From IMG/VR virus record IMGVR_UViG_3300002026_000021: DNA of 64,000 nt; one strand, given 5' to 3'. This DNA comes from a virus. The notes beneath the pieces were generated by a model. It was not told the origin of the DNA. It saw only the letters and a program-made list of their open reading frames with translations, and made no database searches. Made by a program: the position numbers and the translations under genes. This document shows positions 34,573 to 43,818 of this stretch, piece by piece. How positions within the stretch are numbered: the stretch's first letter is position 1; every line of letters starts with the position of its first letter.

Positions 34573-36855
34573 CTAATGACATTTACTAGAGCCACAATCA
34601 GCACAAGCTACACAACCGTCTTGATAAATTAAATTAGTACTACCACAATTTGTACATACCTTAGAGGATTTTACTTTCTCCCCCTCTTTAATATACTTTT
34701 TTAAAACACGAGATATAGCTTTACCAAATGAAACGAAACTCTTATCCTTTGTTAACTGGTCACAAAGGAATTGTAAAGGAGTTCCATGTCGTAATGATGT
34801 AGAAATTAATCTTAGTAATGATTCATAATCAGGATTGAATACTTTTCCAATATTCTCAATAGCTACTTTCTCAACACCATTCTGAACAAGTAAACTATAG
34901 TTACCTTTTGACTTCTTTCTAATAATTCCTTTACCATATTTAATAGCCATATCAAAGTTATCATCAGTAGTTATTGTAGTAGCGAATATCTCATAAGGCT
35001 CATCATTATATAATCCTACTAAAATTAAGAATTGTTCTTCTTTAACCTTTACTGAAAATACTTCACATGGTAAATCTTCAGGACGTTTAGGAGCATTATG
35101 CTGTTCAATACTTCCTGATAGTTTTTCCTTTTCCTTTAACATTCTATTATAATTCTTTTCAGTAATTAATACTCCTGATAAAGAACCTTCACGATAAACA
35201 GTAATACCTTTCATTCCTGATTTCCATGCAGACATATAAACGTCTTCTACATCTTTAGTGGTGCAGTTCTCATCCATATTAAAGGTAACAGAAATTGCTG
35301 AATCTATCCATCTTTGTATTTCTGAAACAAGTTTAATCTTATCTAATGGGTTAACATCAAAAGACATTACCCATTTATGTCCGACAAGTTCATCAGCATT
35401 TTCTTTAGTTACATCTAATTTATGCTCATTTAAATATCTTTCTACATAAGCATTAAAAGAAAACCATTCTTTCCAATCCTTAGTAGTAGACCTTTCTCTT
35501 CTTACCATATAACGAGAGTATAAAGGTTCAATACCAGAGCCACCACAATTAGATATTAATGATCCTGATCCTACAGGGGCAATTGTATTATAACAAACAT
35601 TAAATTGGTATTCTAATATTTCTTCATTAATAACATTATTATCAAGTAATCGTTTAATAAAATCAGAGTTCTTTATTTTTATTTTATCATAAAGAGGAAA
35701 AGAACCATATTCCTTACCTAATTCATATCCTGTTTGATAGGACCATTTAGCTAAGTCTGTAAATAATGAATGAGCAATAATAATACTCTCTTCAGAGCCA
35801 TACGAAATACCTAAATCTATTAAATAATCTGCTAATCCAGTTACTCCTAATCCAATTCTAGGTAAATTAACTAATTTTTCTTTTTGTTCCATAGTAGGAG
35901 AACGATTATCATTAAACTCATTAATACGAACAGCATTTAAGAACTTAATACCGAATTTAATAAGTTTAATATAACCATCATAACCATATTCTAAATATTT
36001 AGCTAAATTAATATGAGAGAGGTTACATACATTTTCAGGGTCTAACCATTGTTCTGAACACGCATTAGTGCTAGTTACTTCATAGCCTAGTGCATCTGAA
36101 TTACTATTACGCTTAGAGATATCAATAAATTGTAAACCGGGGTCAGCACGTTTATGTGCATTATTAATAATTTTATTCCATAAATCTCTAGCTTTAATAA
36201 CATGCTCTATTTCTTCATATTTATTATTAAAGTGTAAAACCCAATCACCATCATTTTCTACTGTACGCATAAAAGCATCAGTAGTTTGGATTGAAATATT
36301 AGCAGTATCAATACGAGATTTATCATCTTCGTGCTTATCTTTAATACTAATAAATTCTTCAATATCAGGATGACTATCTCTAATAGAAATTAATGAAGCA
36401 CCCCTGCGGCCCTGCTGTGCTATAACTTTTAATACAGAGTCATATAAAGCCATAAAGGAAACAGCACCTGTTGATACACGAGAACTATTATGTACCTTAG
36501 CTCCTCTAGGACGTAGTTTAGAAATATCGATTCCCTCGCCTTGTCCGAAAGCGGCGTACTTAGCCCATTTATATAATGAATTAAAAATATCTTCTAAATT
36601 ATCCTCAACTGGTCTTAGTGTTGTACAATTAATATGACTAACATTTTGATTAGGATTTCCGGCGGCTCTCCAAATCCCCCCAGCAGGAATAAACCATTGC
36701 TTGTTTATATATTCTCTAGCTTCTTCTTCTATTTCTGGATAAACCTTTGCTACTGATTTAACAATACGCTCTACAGCTTCATCTGGTTCTGATTCTGATT
36801 CTAATAGATATTTTGACCTAAATACCTGTTCTGCTAATTGAGATTCAAAGTTCAT
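34573..36855 (-). CDS. ribonucleotide reductase large (alpha) subunit, probably class II-like (C-terminal Zn-ribbon; no beta subunit seen)
   Basis: GQGEGIDISKLRPRGAKV...STGAVSFM and QGRRGASLISIRDSHPDIEEFI match RNR alpha motifs; TNACSEQ is the radical-Cys NxCxE motif; C-terminal CTNCGS...CVACADCGSSKC. Confidence 0.7.
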   Translation of the reverse strand: MNFESQLAEQVFRSKYLLESESEPDEAVERIVKSVAKVYPEIEEEAREYINKQWFIPAGGIWRAAGNPNQNVSHINCTTLRPVEDNLEDIFNSLYKWAKYAAFGQGEGIDISKLRPRGAKVHNSSRVSTGAVSFMALYDSVLKVIAQQGRRGASLISIRDSHPDIEEFISIKDKHEDDKSRIDTANISIQTTDAFMRTVENDGDWVLHFNNKYEEIEHVIKARDLWNKIINNAHKRADPGLQFIDISKRNSNSDALGYEVTSTNACSEQWLDPENVCNLSHINLAKYLEYGYDGYIKLIKFGIKFLNAVRINEFNDNRSPTMEQKEKLVNLPRIGLGVTGLADYLIDLGISYGSEESIIIAHSLFTDLAKWSYQTGYELGKEYGSFPLYDKIKIKNSDFIKRLLDNNVINEEILEYQFNVCYNTIAPVGSGSLISNCGGSGIEPLYSRYMVRRERSTTKDWKEWFSFNAYVERYLNEHKLDVTKENADELVGHKWVMSFDVNPLDKIKLVSEIQRWIDSAISVTFNMDENCTTKDVEDVYMSAWKSGMKGITVYREGSLSGVLITEKNYNRMLKEKEKLSGSIEQHNAPKRPEDLPCEVFSVKVKEEQFLILVGLYNDEPYEIFATTITTDDNFDMAIKYGKGIIRKKSKGNYSLLVQNGVEKVAIENIGKVFNPDYESLLRLISTSLRHGTPLQFLCDQLTKDKSFVSFGKAISRVLKKYIKEGEKVKSSKVCTNCGSTNLIYQDGCVACADCGSSKCH

Positions 36856-36904
36856 ATACTATTATTTTCTCCTTAAAGCGTCTGTGTTTTTAATTAGCTA
36901 TAAT

Positions 36905-36928
36905 TAAAAAACCCTCCTAAGAGGGTTT
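36905..36928 (-). terminator. intrinsic terminator downstream of ORF 36936-37265
   Basis: Minus strand: CCCTCttagGAGGG followed by TTTTTT. Confidence 0.55.
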
Positions 36929-36935
36929 ATACTTC

Positions 36936-37265
36936 TTACTTATTTTCCAAACAGTCTGAAATTAATTCTAATATTTCATCCTTCTCATCATGAGCGTCTT
37001 TATTAGTTTTCTTCTCAATCCATTCCTTAAATGCTTTCTTCAAAGGTTGTGGTTCTACTTCTAGTGAATCAGTTAATGCCTTAAAGGTATCATTCATTGA
37101 TGATGTTACCATTTTGATTTCATCCTTATAAGCATCAATCTTTTTGTAGTACTCCCATAAAGCCTGAAAACGCAGTTCTACCTCTACCTTCTGTTCTTCT
37201 GTAACTTGTTTCATTTTGTTTCTCCTACCTATAATATATACTAGAATTCCTTTTTTGTCTATCAA
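36936..37265 (-). CDS. hypothetical protein (109 aa)
   Basis: ORF in track. Confidence 0.5.
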   Translation of the reverse strand: MIDKKGILVYIIGRRNKMKQVTEEQKVEVELRFQALWEYYKKIDAYKDEIKMVTSSMNDTFKALTDSLEVEPQPLKKAFKEWIEKKTNKDAHDEKDEILELISDCLENK

Positions 37266-37323
37266 AAACTCATAATTGTTAACATAACTAATTATAGTAT
37301 ATAACCAACTAAAAGGAACTAGA

Positions 37324-37734
37324 ATGAAAACTGAATATATCGATGGACTCTATAATGACCTTAATGTTAAAGTAGAAACAGTATTAAAATATGTTGATAT
37401 ATTAAAATCATCAACTATTAGTACTACTGAATTCTTAGCAAAATATGTAAAACTACATGAACAATTATACTCAGCATTAGCTCAAAGTAGACAACCAATA
37501 GCTCCTGATTCTCAGTTTGCTATAGAACAGCAACCACAGTTATCTGCTCCTGATGGTATTGATATTAAACATATTACTCAGGAAATTGCTAACAATACTC
37601 CTTTAGTTGAATATAAGTTTGAAACATTACTAAGAAACTTACAATTTACTTCTCAATCATTACAAAACTATCAAGATTTAACTAATCAAATATTAGAGTC
37701 TTGGTCGTCAGCTATTGAAAATATTCAACAGTAA
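37324..37734 (+). CDS. hypothetical protein (136 aa), the lone plus-strand gene inside the leftward block
   Basis: ORF in track; the AGGAAC ... ATG context gives only a weak SD. Confidence 0.45.
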   Translation: MKTEYIDGLYNDLNVKVETVLKYVDILKSSTISTTEFLAKYVKLHEQLYSALAQSRQPIAPDSQFAIEQQPQLSAPDGIDIKHITQEIANNTPLVEYKFETLLRNLQFTSQSLQNYQDLTNQILESWSSAIENIQQ

Positions 37735-37905
37735 TCTAAACTACTGTTCCAGATATAATATACATATCATTATCTAAACGAATTTCAAAATCTGTAATCT
37801 TTAGTTTTTTAGGAACTTTACACTTCTTAGAATAGATAACTATCTTATCCTCATATAAGATATAAAAGCCATCTTTATTTTCTTTTACTTTTATTTTGGT
37901 TTTCA

Positions 37906-38100
37906 TTATTGTTCCTTTATTGCTGTTAAAATATTATAATGCAAAATAATGGCCTTTAACTTAGGGCAAATTCCTCCAAACTTTCTTAATTGCCCATCAT
38001 AATCAAGAATGATTTTATTAGGGATATAAGTATAATTAGAATTAATAATTTCTAGTGTTAATGATAATCCTAAATCTGAACCTAAATCCCTTATAATCAT
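37906..38100 (-). CDS. hypothetical protein (64 aa)
   Basis: ORF in track. Confidence 0.4.
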   Translation of the reverse strand: MIIRDLGSDLGLSLTLEIINSNYTYIPNKIILDYDGQLRKFGGICPKLKAIILHYNILTAIKEQ

Positions 38101-38561
38101 ACTTCTTCAAACTTCTCAAATTCAATATATAAGTCGGCTAAGTAAGAACCAACTTCAATTGATAATGAACACCCCTCTGGTAATACTAATGTAGAAGTAA
38201 TATTTCCAATGCCTCTTGAATCAATGAAACGCTCTGTAGATAGAAACCCTCCGACCATTTTACAATGAGCGTTACCTTCAATAGTACAAACAGCGTCTTT
38301 AGGAAGACTATTTAACCCCTGTTCAAAACCTATTTGAAATGCACCAGGGCCAATATCATAATACTTCTTATTAGAAGCAGTATCAACACGCACTCCTAAT
38401 GGCTTATAATACACATTATTAGAACCCTTCTTATCAATAACACCCCCTCTAACTAATGCAATAGTATTTACAGTTAGCCCTACTGAGTAAGGCTTAACTA
38501 TTCCAGAGTTTGCTGGGTCACTTACATAACGACTCTTAACTGAATATCCATTTAAATACAT
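38097..38561 (-). CDS. hypothetical protein (154 aa)
   Basis: ORF in track. Confidence 0.5.
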   Translation of the reverse strand: MYLNGYSVKSRYVSDPANSGIVKPYSVGLTVNTIALVRGGVIDKKGSNNVYYKPLGVRVDTASNKKYYDIGPGAFQIGFEQGLNSLPKDAVCTIEGNAHCKMVGGFLSTERFIDSRGIGNITSTLVLPEGCSLSIEVGSYLADLYIEFEKFEEV

Positions 38562-38574
38562 TTTATCCCCTTAT

Positions 38575-39516
38575 TTATACTGAACTACTTTTAAAGTTCT
38601 CTATTTTTATAGAGTTTTCTAGTATAGCATTTTTATCAAATGTTCTCATATTCTTCCCTAATATACCCTCTCTTGCCATTCTTTTTATTAAGAACTTTAA
38701 CCATTCGTTTGATACTTCTTCACCATAGTTTTTATTTAAATCGAAAAAGATACGATGTAAAGATGTATACATATTAAATAACTCTTGTAAAGACATTTCC
38801 TCATACTTATCACCTAAAGATTTCTTAATCTGAGCAATAGCATGAATCTGACTTTGTATCTCAAAATAAGTCATATTAACATTCTTCTTTTTAAGAAGTA
38901 ATGCTCTCTGTTTTTCTTCAGGAGTTTTAGCGTTATTCATAATATTATCAAGAACATTATACTCTGAGTTGTCTATCCAATGAGTTAACTCATGAACTAT
39001 TGATGCTTTTATTCTTATTTCAGTTATCTCATTTAAAGCTCTTTTTACTATAGCTGGTTTTCCTAAGTATAAGAATTCCGATTTAGTTTTATTACGTAAT
39101 TTAAAAGCTAAAGAAGAGTTTACAGAAACCCAAATATAAGTTATTCCTAATGCATTTATGTTATTAAAATTATATAAGCACCCCTTCTCACTTATACCAA
39201 AGAACAAAGTAATTGGAAGTTTTCTATCTGCTTTTACACAAAGATAAGATTTTAACTGATTAGATTTAAGTCCTCCAAATAAAACATACTCTACATAGCC
39301 CCTTTTAAATGGAGCTAAAAGCTCTTCAAAAGAAGTTGTATTTACTTTATAATTATCAAAGTCTATTGTCTTATAATTATTAACATCATCAACAAACTTC
39401 TTAAAAAAGATATCATAAATCATATCAACATCATGTTCAAAATCATATATACGTTCTTGATATAAATAATTTTCAGAAGGCTCTCTAGCTTTAATGTCTT
39501 TTAAATATAACTTCAT
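38575..39516 (-). CDS. putative zinc metallopeptidase (HExxH)
   Basis: IVHELTHWIDN contains the HExxH motif. Confidence 0.45.
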   Translation of the reverse strand: MKLYLKDIKAREPSENYLYQERIYDFEHDVDMIYDIFFKKFVDDVNNYKTIDFDNYKVNTTSFEELLAPFKRGYVEYVLFGGLKSNQLKSYLCVKADRKLPITLFFGISEKGCLYNFNNINALGITYIWVSVNSSLAFKLRNKTKSEFLYLGKPAIVKRALNEITEIRIKASIVHELTHWIDNSEYNVLDNIMNNAKTPEEKQRALLLKKKNVNMTYFEIQSQIHAIAQIKKSLGDKYEEMSLQELFNMYTSLHRIFFDLNKNYGEEVSNEWLKFLIKRMAREGILGKNMRTFDKNAILENSIKIENFKSSSV

Positions 39517-39525
39517 AACACTTCC

Positions 39526-40014
39526 TTATTCATCATTTATAATAGCTGATAATGCTGGTCTTATCTTCTGTTCTAATAACTCTTGAATCAATTCATTATT
39601 ACCATCTTCAGCTTCCCCAATAATTCTCTTAAAGAAATCAGATGGAGTAAAGCTACCTTCAATAATAGCTTCTCTATTACCTTCAATAATTTTATCACCA
39701 AGAAACTTAATATCTAAATTACCTATGTAAGGTAATGATATTTTTTTAGTAGTAAAATATTTCTCTACATCCAATAGAAACTTAAACTCTAATACCTCTC
39801 TAACAATAGCTTGAGGATACCCTGAAAAAATTGAAATCTCAGCAATATCCTCTTTACAGAACGAACTCATCTTAATATTCATTAATACCTCCAAAACATA
39901 ATTAGTTATATTATGCTTATTCCTATATATTAAGTATATATAGAATGGAGATTTTTGGCTATTAAAATAATAATTATATTTCTTTCTGCTCATCAACCCC
40001 TTGAATCTGAACAT
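39526..40014 (-). CDS. hypothetical protein (162 aa)
   Basis: ORF in track. Confidence 0.5.
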   Translation of the reverse strand: MFRFKGLMSRKKYNYYFNSQKSPFYIYLIYRNKHNITNYVLEVLMNIKMSSFCKEDIAEISIFSGYPQAIVREVLEFKFLLDVEKYFTTKKISLPYIGNLDIKFLGDKIIEGNREAIIEGSFTPSDFFKRIIGEAEDGNNELIQELLEQKIRPALSAIINDE

Positions 40015-40075
40015 ACTCAGAATGAAGCGTTATTGATTTAATAGAACCCCTATATTTACCTAAAAATATGCTTCA

Positions 40076-40462
40076 TCATTTCCCATCCCCTTGCATGATT
40101 TCTTCGTGAAGGTAGTCCACTTGGTCGGAAAACTCCACATACTTAGCCGCTAGTAATAAAAATCGTTCTCTCTCCGCTTTGACAGCCGCTTCACGGTGGG
40201 CGGCAATGAGGGCGGCAACATCTTCGGGACAAAAGTTCCTACTGTCATCCAGTATCTCTGATGCTATCCTCCAAGCAACATCCCTATCACTCGGCAACGG
40301 AGTGGAGGGTTTTTCGATGGCTTGAATAGCTTCTTTTGCCAGAGTTTGCGCTTCTTCTCGCGCTTTTTCCAGCTTCTTCGAGAGTTGTTGCGTAAATCTT
40401 TCCGATTCGGTGAGCTTTTCAGAAAGCTCACTTATACACTTAATCATGTCATTTGTTTCCAT
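40076..40462 (-). CDS. hypothetical protein (128 aa) in a GC-rich island; predicted coiled-coil
   Basis: ~47% GC against the ~30% background; heptad-like sequence. Confidence 0.5.
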   Translation of the reverse strand: METNDMIKCISELSEKLTESERFTQQLSKKLEKAREEAQTLAKEAIQAIEKPSTPLPSDRDVAWRIASEILDDSRNFCPEDVAALIAAHREAAVKAERERFLLLAAKYVEFSDQVDYLHEEIMQGDGK

Positions 40463-40465
40463 ATA

Positions 40466-40699
40466 TTACTCCTTTACTTCGTGCAGAAAACTAATATCCC
40501 AATCACTGTAGTACAATCTAAAATCGCCTTCATTGGATTGCCCAGGATTGTTTAATACACGACAAGCGTTATCCCATACGTCTACCACCGGACCGACTAT
40601 TCTATTTGCATATCTAGCTGATGCCACTTTCCTTTTAGCATCAATCGCATGACCTATTCGTGGTATATAGGCATCTCCAAGCTTTTCAGCGTCGGTCAT
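40466..40699 (-). CDS. hypothetical protein (77 aa), GC-rich island
   Basis: ORF in track. Confidence 0.45.
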   Translation of the reverse strand: MTDAEKLGDAYIPRIGHAIDAKRKVASARYANRIVGPVVDVWDNACRVLNNPGQSNEGDFRLYYSDWDISFLHEVKE

Positions 40700-40878
40700 G
40701 GTTTTACCACCTTTACATATCCTTCTTGTGTCAGTATATCATCTCCAAGATACTCCCACAAAAGACAAAACAACCGTTCACATTGTTCTTTGCTTAAATC
40801 TACGTCTATAATTACTTGCATATCACATTCAGAATATATTCCTTTGATAGAGTCAATACTTCGACAAGTAAACTTCAT
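40696..40878 (-). CDS. hypothetical protein (60 aa), GC-rich island
   Basis: ORF in track. Confidence 0.4.
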   Translation of the reverse strand: MKFTCRSIDSIKGIYSECDMQVIIDVDLSKEQCERLFCLLWEYLGDDILTQEGYVKVVKP

Positions 40879-41186
40879 TCTATACTCCTTATTTCCTTAA
40901 TAGCTTGCTCAAATATTTCTACTATAGTATCCTTAATTAATAGTTTATTCTCAAACTTCTCTAAAATCAGGTCAGCACAAATTTGAGCAGTATGCATATT
41001 CATAGTAGGTGTTGTTGATTGAATCAAAACAGCTATATCAGAATCAGTAAATGTTTTAACTTTATAGTTATCACATTGAATTATATTATCATTACCAATT
41101 CCATCTCCAAATACAATTTTATTAGCATCACAAGTAGGAAAGGAATTACTACAAGAACTACATAAGTGTACTTTAGTATCTAACAT
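40875..41186 (-). CDS. hypothetical protein (103 aa)
   Basis: ORF in track. Confidence 0.5.
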   Translation of the reverse strand: MLDTKVHLCSSCSNSFPTCDANKIVFGDGIGNDNIIQCDNYKVKTFTDSDIAVLIQSTTPTMNMHTAQICADLILEKFENKLLIKDTIVEIFEQAIKEIRSIE

Positions 41187-41491
41187 TTATTTAACTCCTT
41201 TATCTGATACATCTTATCCATAGTAATTTTCATACTTGTTGGATAATCAAATTGTAATGTAACACGCTTATTACCATTAACAACCTCTCCTGCTATAGCT
41301 TTAGCTACTTCGTAATCGGTAGAATCAGGAGGAGTAGAAAGAGTTCTTAAAGCTTTAGTAACTGATTCTAATCTCTTTAAATTTTCTTCAACATATCTAT
41401 ATGGAACCCAATCCTGAATAACTCTTTTTAGGTCTTGTAATGTTTGGTGTATTTCTAATAATTCTCTATCAGTCATCATTATCTCCTTCAT
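41180..41491 (-). CDS. hypothetical protein (103 aa)
   Basis: ORF in track. Confidence 0.5.
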   Translation of the reverse strand: MKEIMMTDRELLEIHQTLQDLKRVIQDWVPYRYVEENLKRLESVTKALRTLSTPPDSTDYEVAKAIAGEVVNGNKRVTLQFDYPTSMKITMDKMYQIKELNKC

Positions 41492-41720
41492 TAGTGTTTT
41501 CTTTATACCATTTAAGCTCAGACTCTAATAGATGTATAGCTCTACGGACTCGACTCCAATCACTAGTCTGTTCATCTCCTATTCGTAATTCTATTAGTGC
41601 CTGTTCCATTGTATTAGCAAATAGTTTAATTTGAGAGTCTTTAAGCTCTCTATTTTTATTTTTTAATTCGTCAGATAGTTTTGTAACTTGTGCTCTTAAT
41701 AATATTTCTTGTATTTTCAT
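41469..41720 (-). CDS. hypothetical protein (83 aa)
   Basis: ORF in track. Confidence 0.45.
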   Translation of the reverse strand: MKIQEILLRAQVTKLSDELKNKNRELKDSQIKLFANTMEQALIELRIGDEQTSDWSRVRRAIHLLESELKWYKENTNEGDNDD

Positions 41721-41723
41721 TAC

Positions 41724-42212
41724 TCACTCCTTGTTAATCTCATTAACAATTTTATTAAAAGCTGTTATTGTGTTTACTCTTGAATCTGCCATTTTTTTAC
41801 CTAGTAAATAGTCTTCAACTATTTGTATTTCTTTAGATAAGTCTACTTTAGGTTTATGTTCAAATTCATATTCACAACCTTCATAAAATTTACATTTAGT
41901 ACATACTTTATTTTCAGGAATAAGTGTCCAATCTGAGCAATAAGAAGTTTCTAAGTATGTTCTTACTTCCTTCTTTCTTAAACAGAAAACTTGTCTAACC
42001 TTATTTTTATCTATTGAAAACTCACAGCTAGAAGAACAATTTTCACAACTAATGTCCTTAACTACTGGTGAGGTATCCTCGTTTAAGTGTTCTAATTTTT
42101 CTACCCTACGGTAAAGGTCCATAAGAGCATCAATAGTATCAGAACTCAATTTATTTTTAGGTTCAGTAATAGCACAATAAAAATCAAGGTCACCTTTTAT
42201 TTTTTGCATCAC
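41724..42212 (-). CDS. Cys-rich hypothetical protein (162 aa)
   Basis: CENCSSSCEF ... CTKCKFYEGC. Confidence 0.5.
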   Translation of the reverse strand: MMQKIKGDLDFYCAITEPKNKLSSDTIDALMDLYRRVEKLEHLNEDTSPVVKDISCENCSSSCEFSIDKNKVRQVFCLRKKEVRTYLETSYCSDWTLIPENKVCTKCKFYEGCEYEFEHKPKVDLSKEIQIVEDYLLGKKMADSRVNTITAFNKIVNEINKE

Positions 42213-43502
42213 TCACTCCTTATTCTCATTAAGAATCTTACCATTAATATACATATCAATAATGTATTGGTCAGTGTAATTAGGATACCAATTACCATCT
42301 GGTCTAAACTCAATTAAAGGATATCCTGTATGCCCCTTAGTAGAACTCAATGCAGTAAAGAACTCATTAGTCTTATACAGAGGTACATGAGCCTCTTCAG
42401 AAGCCAATAACTTAGACTTCAGAGAGGTATTAGAACCATTATTAAAGAGAGCGTGAATAAACTTTTCAAAAGCAGTTTCCTTAGTAGGAAGTTTAGTATC
42501 AATAGTTACCTCAGATACTTCATTATTCATAGTAATAGGGGTTTCCACCATAGGAGCTTCAGTAACCATATCTGAGCTTGCTTGAGTAACATTCAACTTA
42601 GGTTTACGACCCCTTTTCTTATATTCACTAGTAGACTTACGCTGAACATATTTACGCTTCTTGGGTTCAGGGATAATAGTATTAAGCTTTTCTACAACCT
42701 CTTCAATTTTATCAGTAGGAACAGATAGAGGTCGAACTTTTTCTACACTAACACTATGGATACCAGGGGCCATAACTGCTAGACAGATTTCAACTACTAC
42801 TACAGTAATAATCTGTACCCAAAACCTAACCTTTTCTTCAGTTACTCCCATGTCCTTAGCAATTAACGAATACATATTAGTAGTCTGCTTTCCTGAACTT
42901 AATGCGTTTACTTTATAACTACTTAGAATTTCTTGAGCAGAGCTACGTTCCTTTTCAGCAGTAGCAATCATTTCTTCATATTTCTGCTTAGTAGCGATAG
43001 AAAGGTTATCACGAGCCAACTGGGGTAAATATCCATCAATCTTAGTAGTTAACTCTTTAACCTTCTTTTCATAAAGGTCAATCTCATCAGTATTCTTAGT
43101 AATTACATTCTTATTAACAGTATAATCAATAGAAGTACGAACGAATCCGTAAGAAGCAAAGATGCTTACTAATGCTAATACCATGTAAAGGAAAAAGAAT
43201 CCAATTCCTTTTAATGCTTTATCATAGTTAGACTTAATGTCTTTTTGAATCAAATAAAAGTTAGTCTTAGAAAAGACTAGAGAACTAACTTTACTAAGTT
43301 CTAGCCCTATTACTAACATAACGAAAAGAGAGGCATCCTTAGAGTTCCCTCCGAAGTCTTTGTAAAGGTCAAGACTAAGGTTAAAGGATACCCAAATAAG
43401 TAGAACGAAGCTAATAAGCTTCATAACTTCAATGATATGTGATTTAAGAGAATAAGAACCCTGCTTGATAGAAGAAACAGAATTACTAATAAAGTTAAAC
43501 AT
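42213..43502 (-). CDS. multi-pass membrane protein (429 aa), first gene of the leftward block
   Basis: At least four hydrophobic helices in the N-terminal 240 aa; consensus promoter at 43523-43552. Confidence 0.55.
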   Translation of the reverse strand: MFNFISNSVSSIKQGSYSLKSHIIEVMKLISFVLLIWVSFNLSLDLYKDFGGNSKDASLFVMLVIGLELSKVSSLVFSKTNFYLIQKDIKSNYDKALKGIGFFFLYMVLALVSIFASYGFVRTSIDYTVNKNVITKNTDEIDLYEKKVKELTTKIDGYLPQLARDNLSIATKQKYEEMIATAEKERSSAQEILSSYKVNALSSGKQTTNMYSLIAKDMGVTEEKVRFWVQIITVVVVEICLAVMAPGIHSVSVEKVRPLSVPTDKIEEVVEKLNTIIPEPKKRKYVQRKSTSEYKKRGRKPKLNVTQASSDMVTEAPMVETPITMNNEVSEVTIDTKLPTKETAFEKFIHALFNNGSNTSLKSKLLASEEAHVPLYKTNEFFTALSSTKGHTGYPLIEFRPDGNWYPNYTDQYIIDMYINGKILNENKE

Positions 43503-43522
43503 TTATGTTTACTCCTTGTGCT

Positions 43523-43552
43523 CAGATAAAAAGAGTATACACTATTGGTAAA
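43523..43552 (-). promoter_or_regulatory. sigma70-type promoter (TTGACT-N18-TATACT) for the leftward block
   Basis: Minus strand: TTGACTTTTATTTACCAATAGTGTATACT. Confidence 0.55.
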
Positions 43553-43772
43553 TAAAAGTCAAGGGGATTTAGACATAATTTGTAATAATAGTATTTTCTT
43601 CATTAAAATGGGTAATTTACTCTTTAATGCCGCTAGGCTCTAATAAACTAATATTAGTTTTAATATATTAGTATTACTATCATTAAATTTTAACTATACA
43701 TATATTCAAAAACTGTATATCTGGCTGGGTCATATATAGTAAAAAGTAGTATGTAGGTTTGTCGTTTTCTTG

Positions 43773-43800
43773 TTTACAATTCGTAATCTTCAGTATATAC
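43773..43800 (+). promoter_or_regulatory. sigma70-type promoter (TTTACA-N16-TATACT) for the rightward block
   Basis: TTTACAATTCGTAATCTTCAGTATATACT, 19 nt before the strong RBS AGGAGC. Confidence 0.5.
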
Positions 43801-43818
43801 TCTATATAGGAGCTAAAA

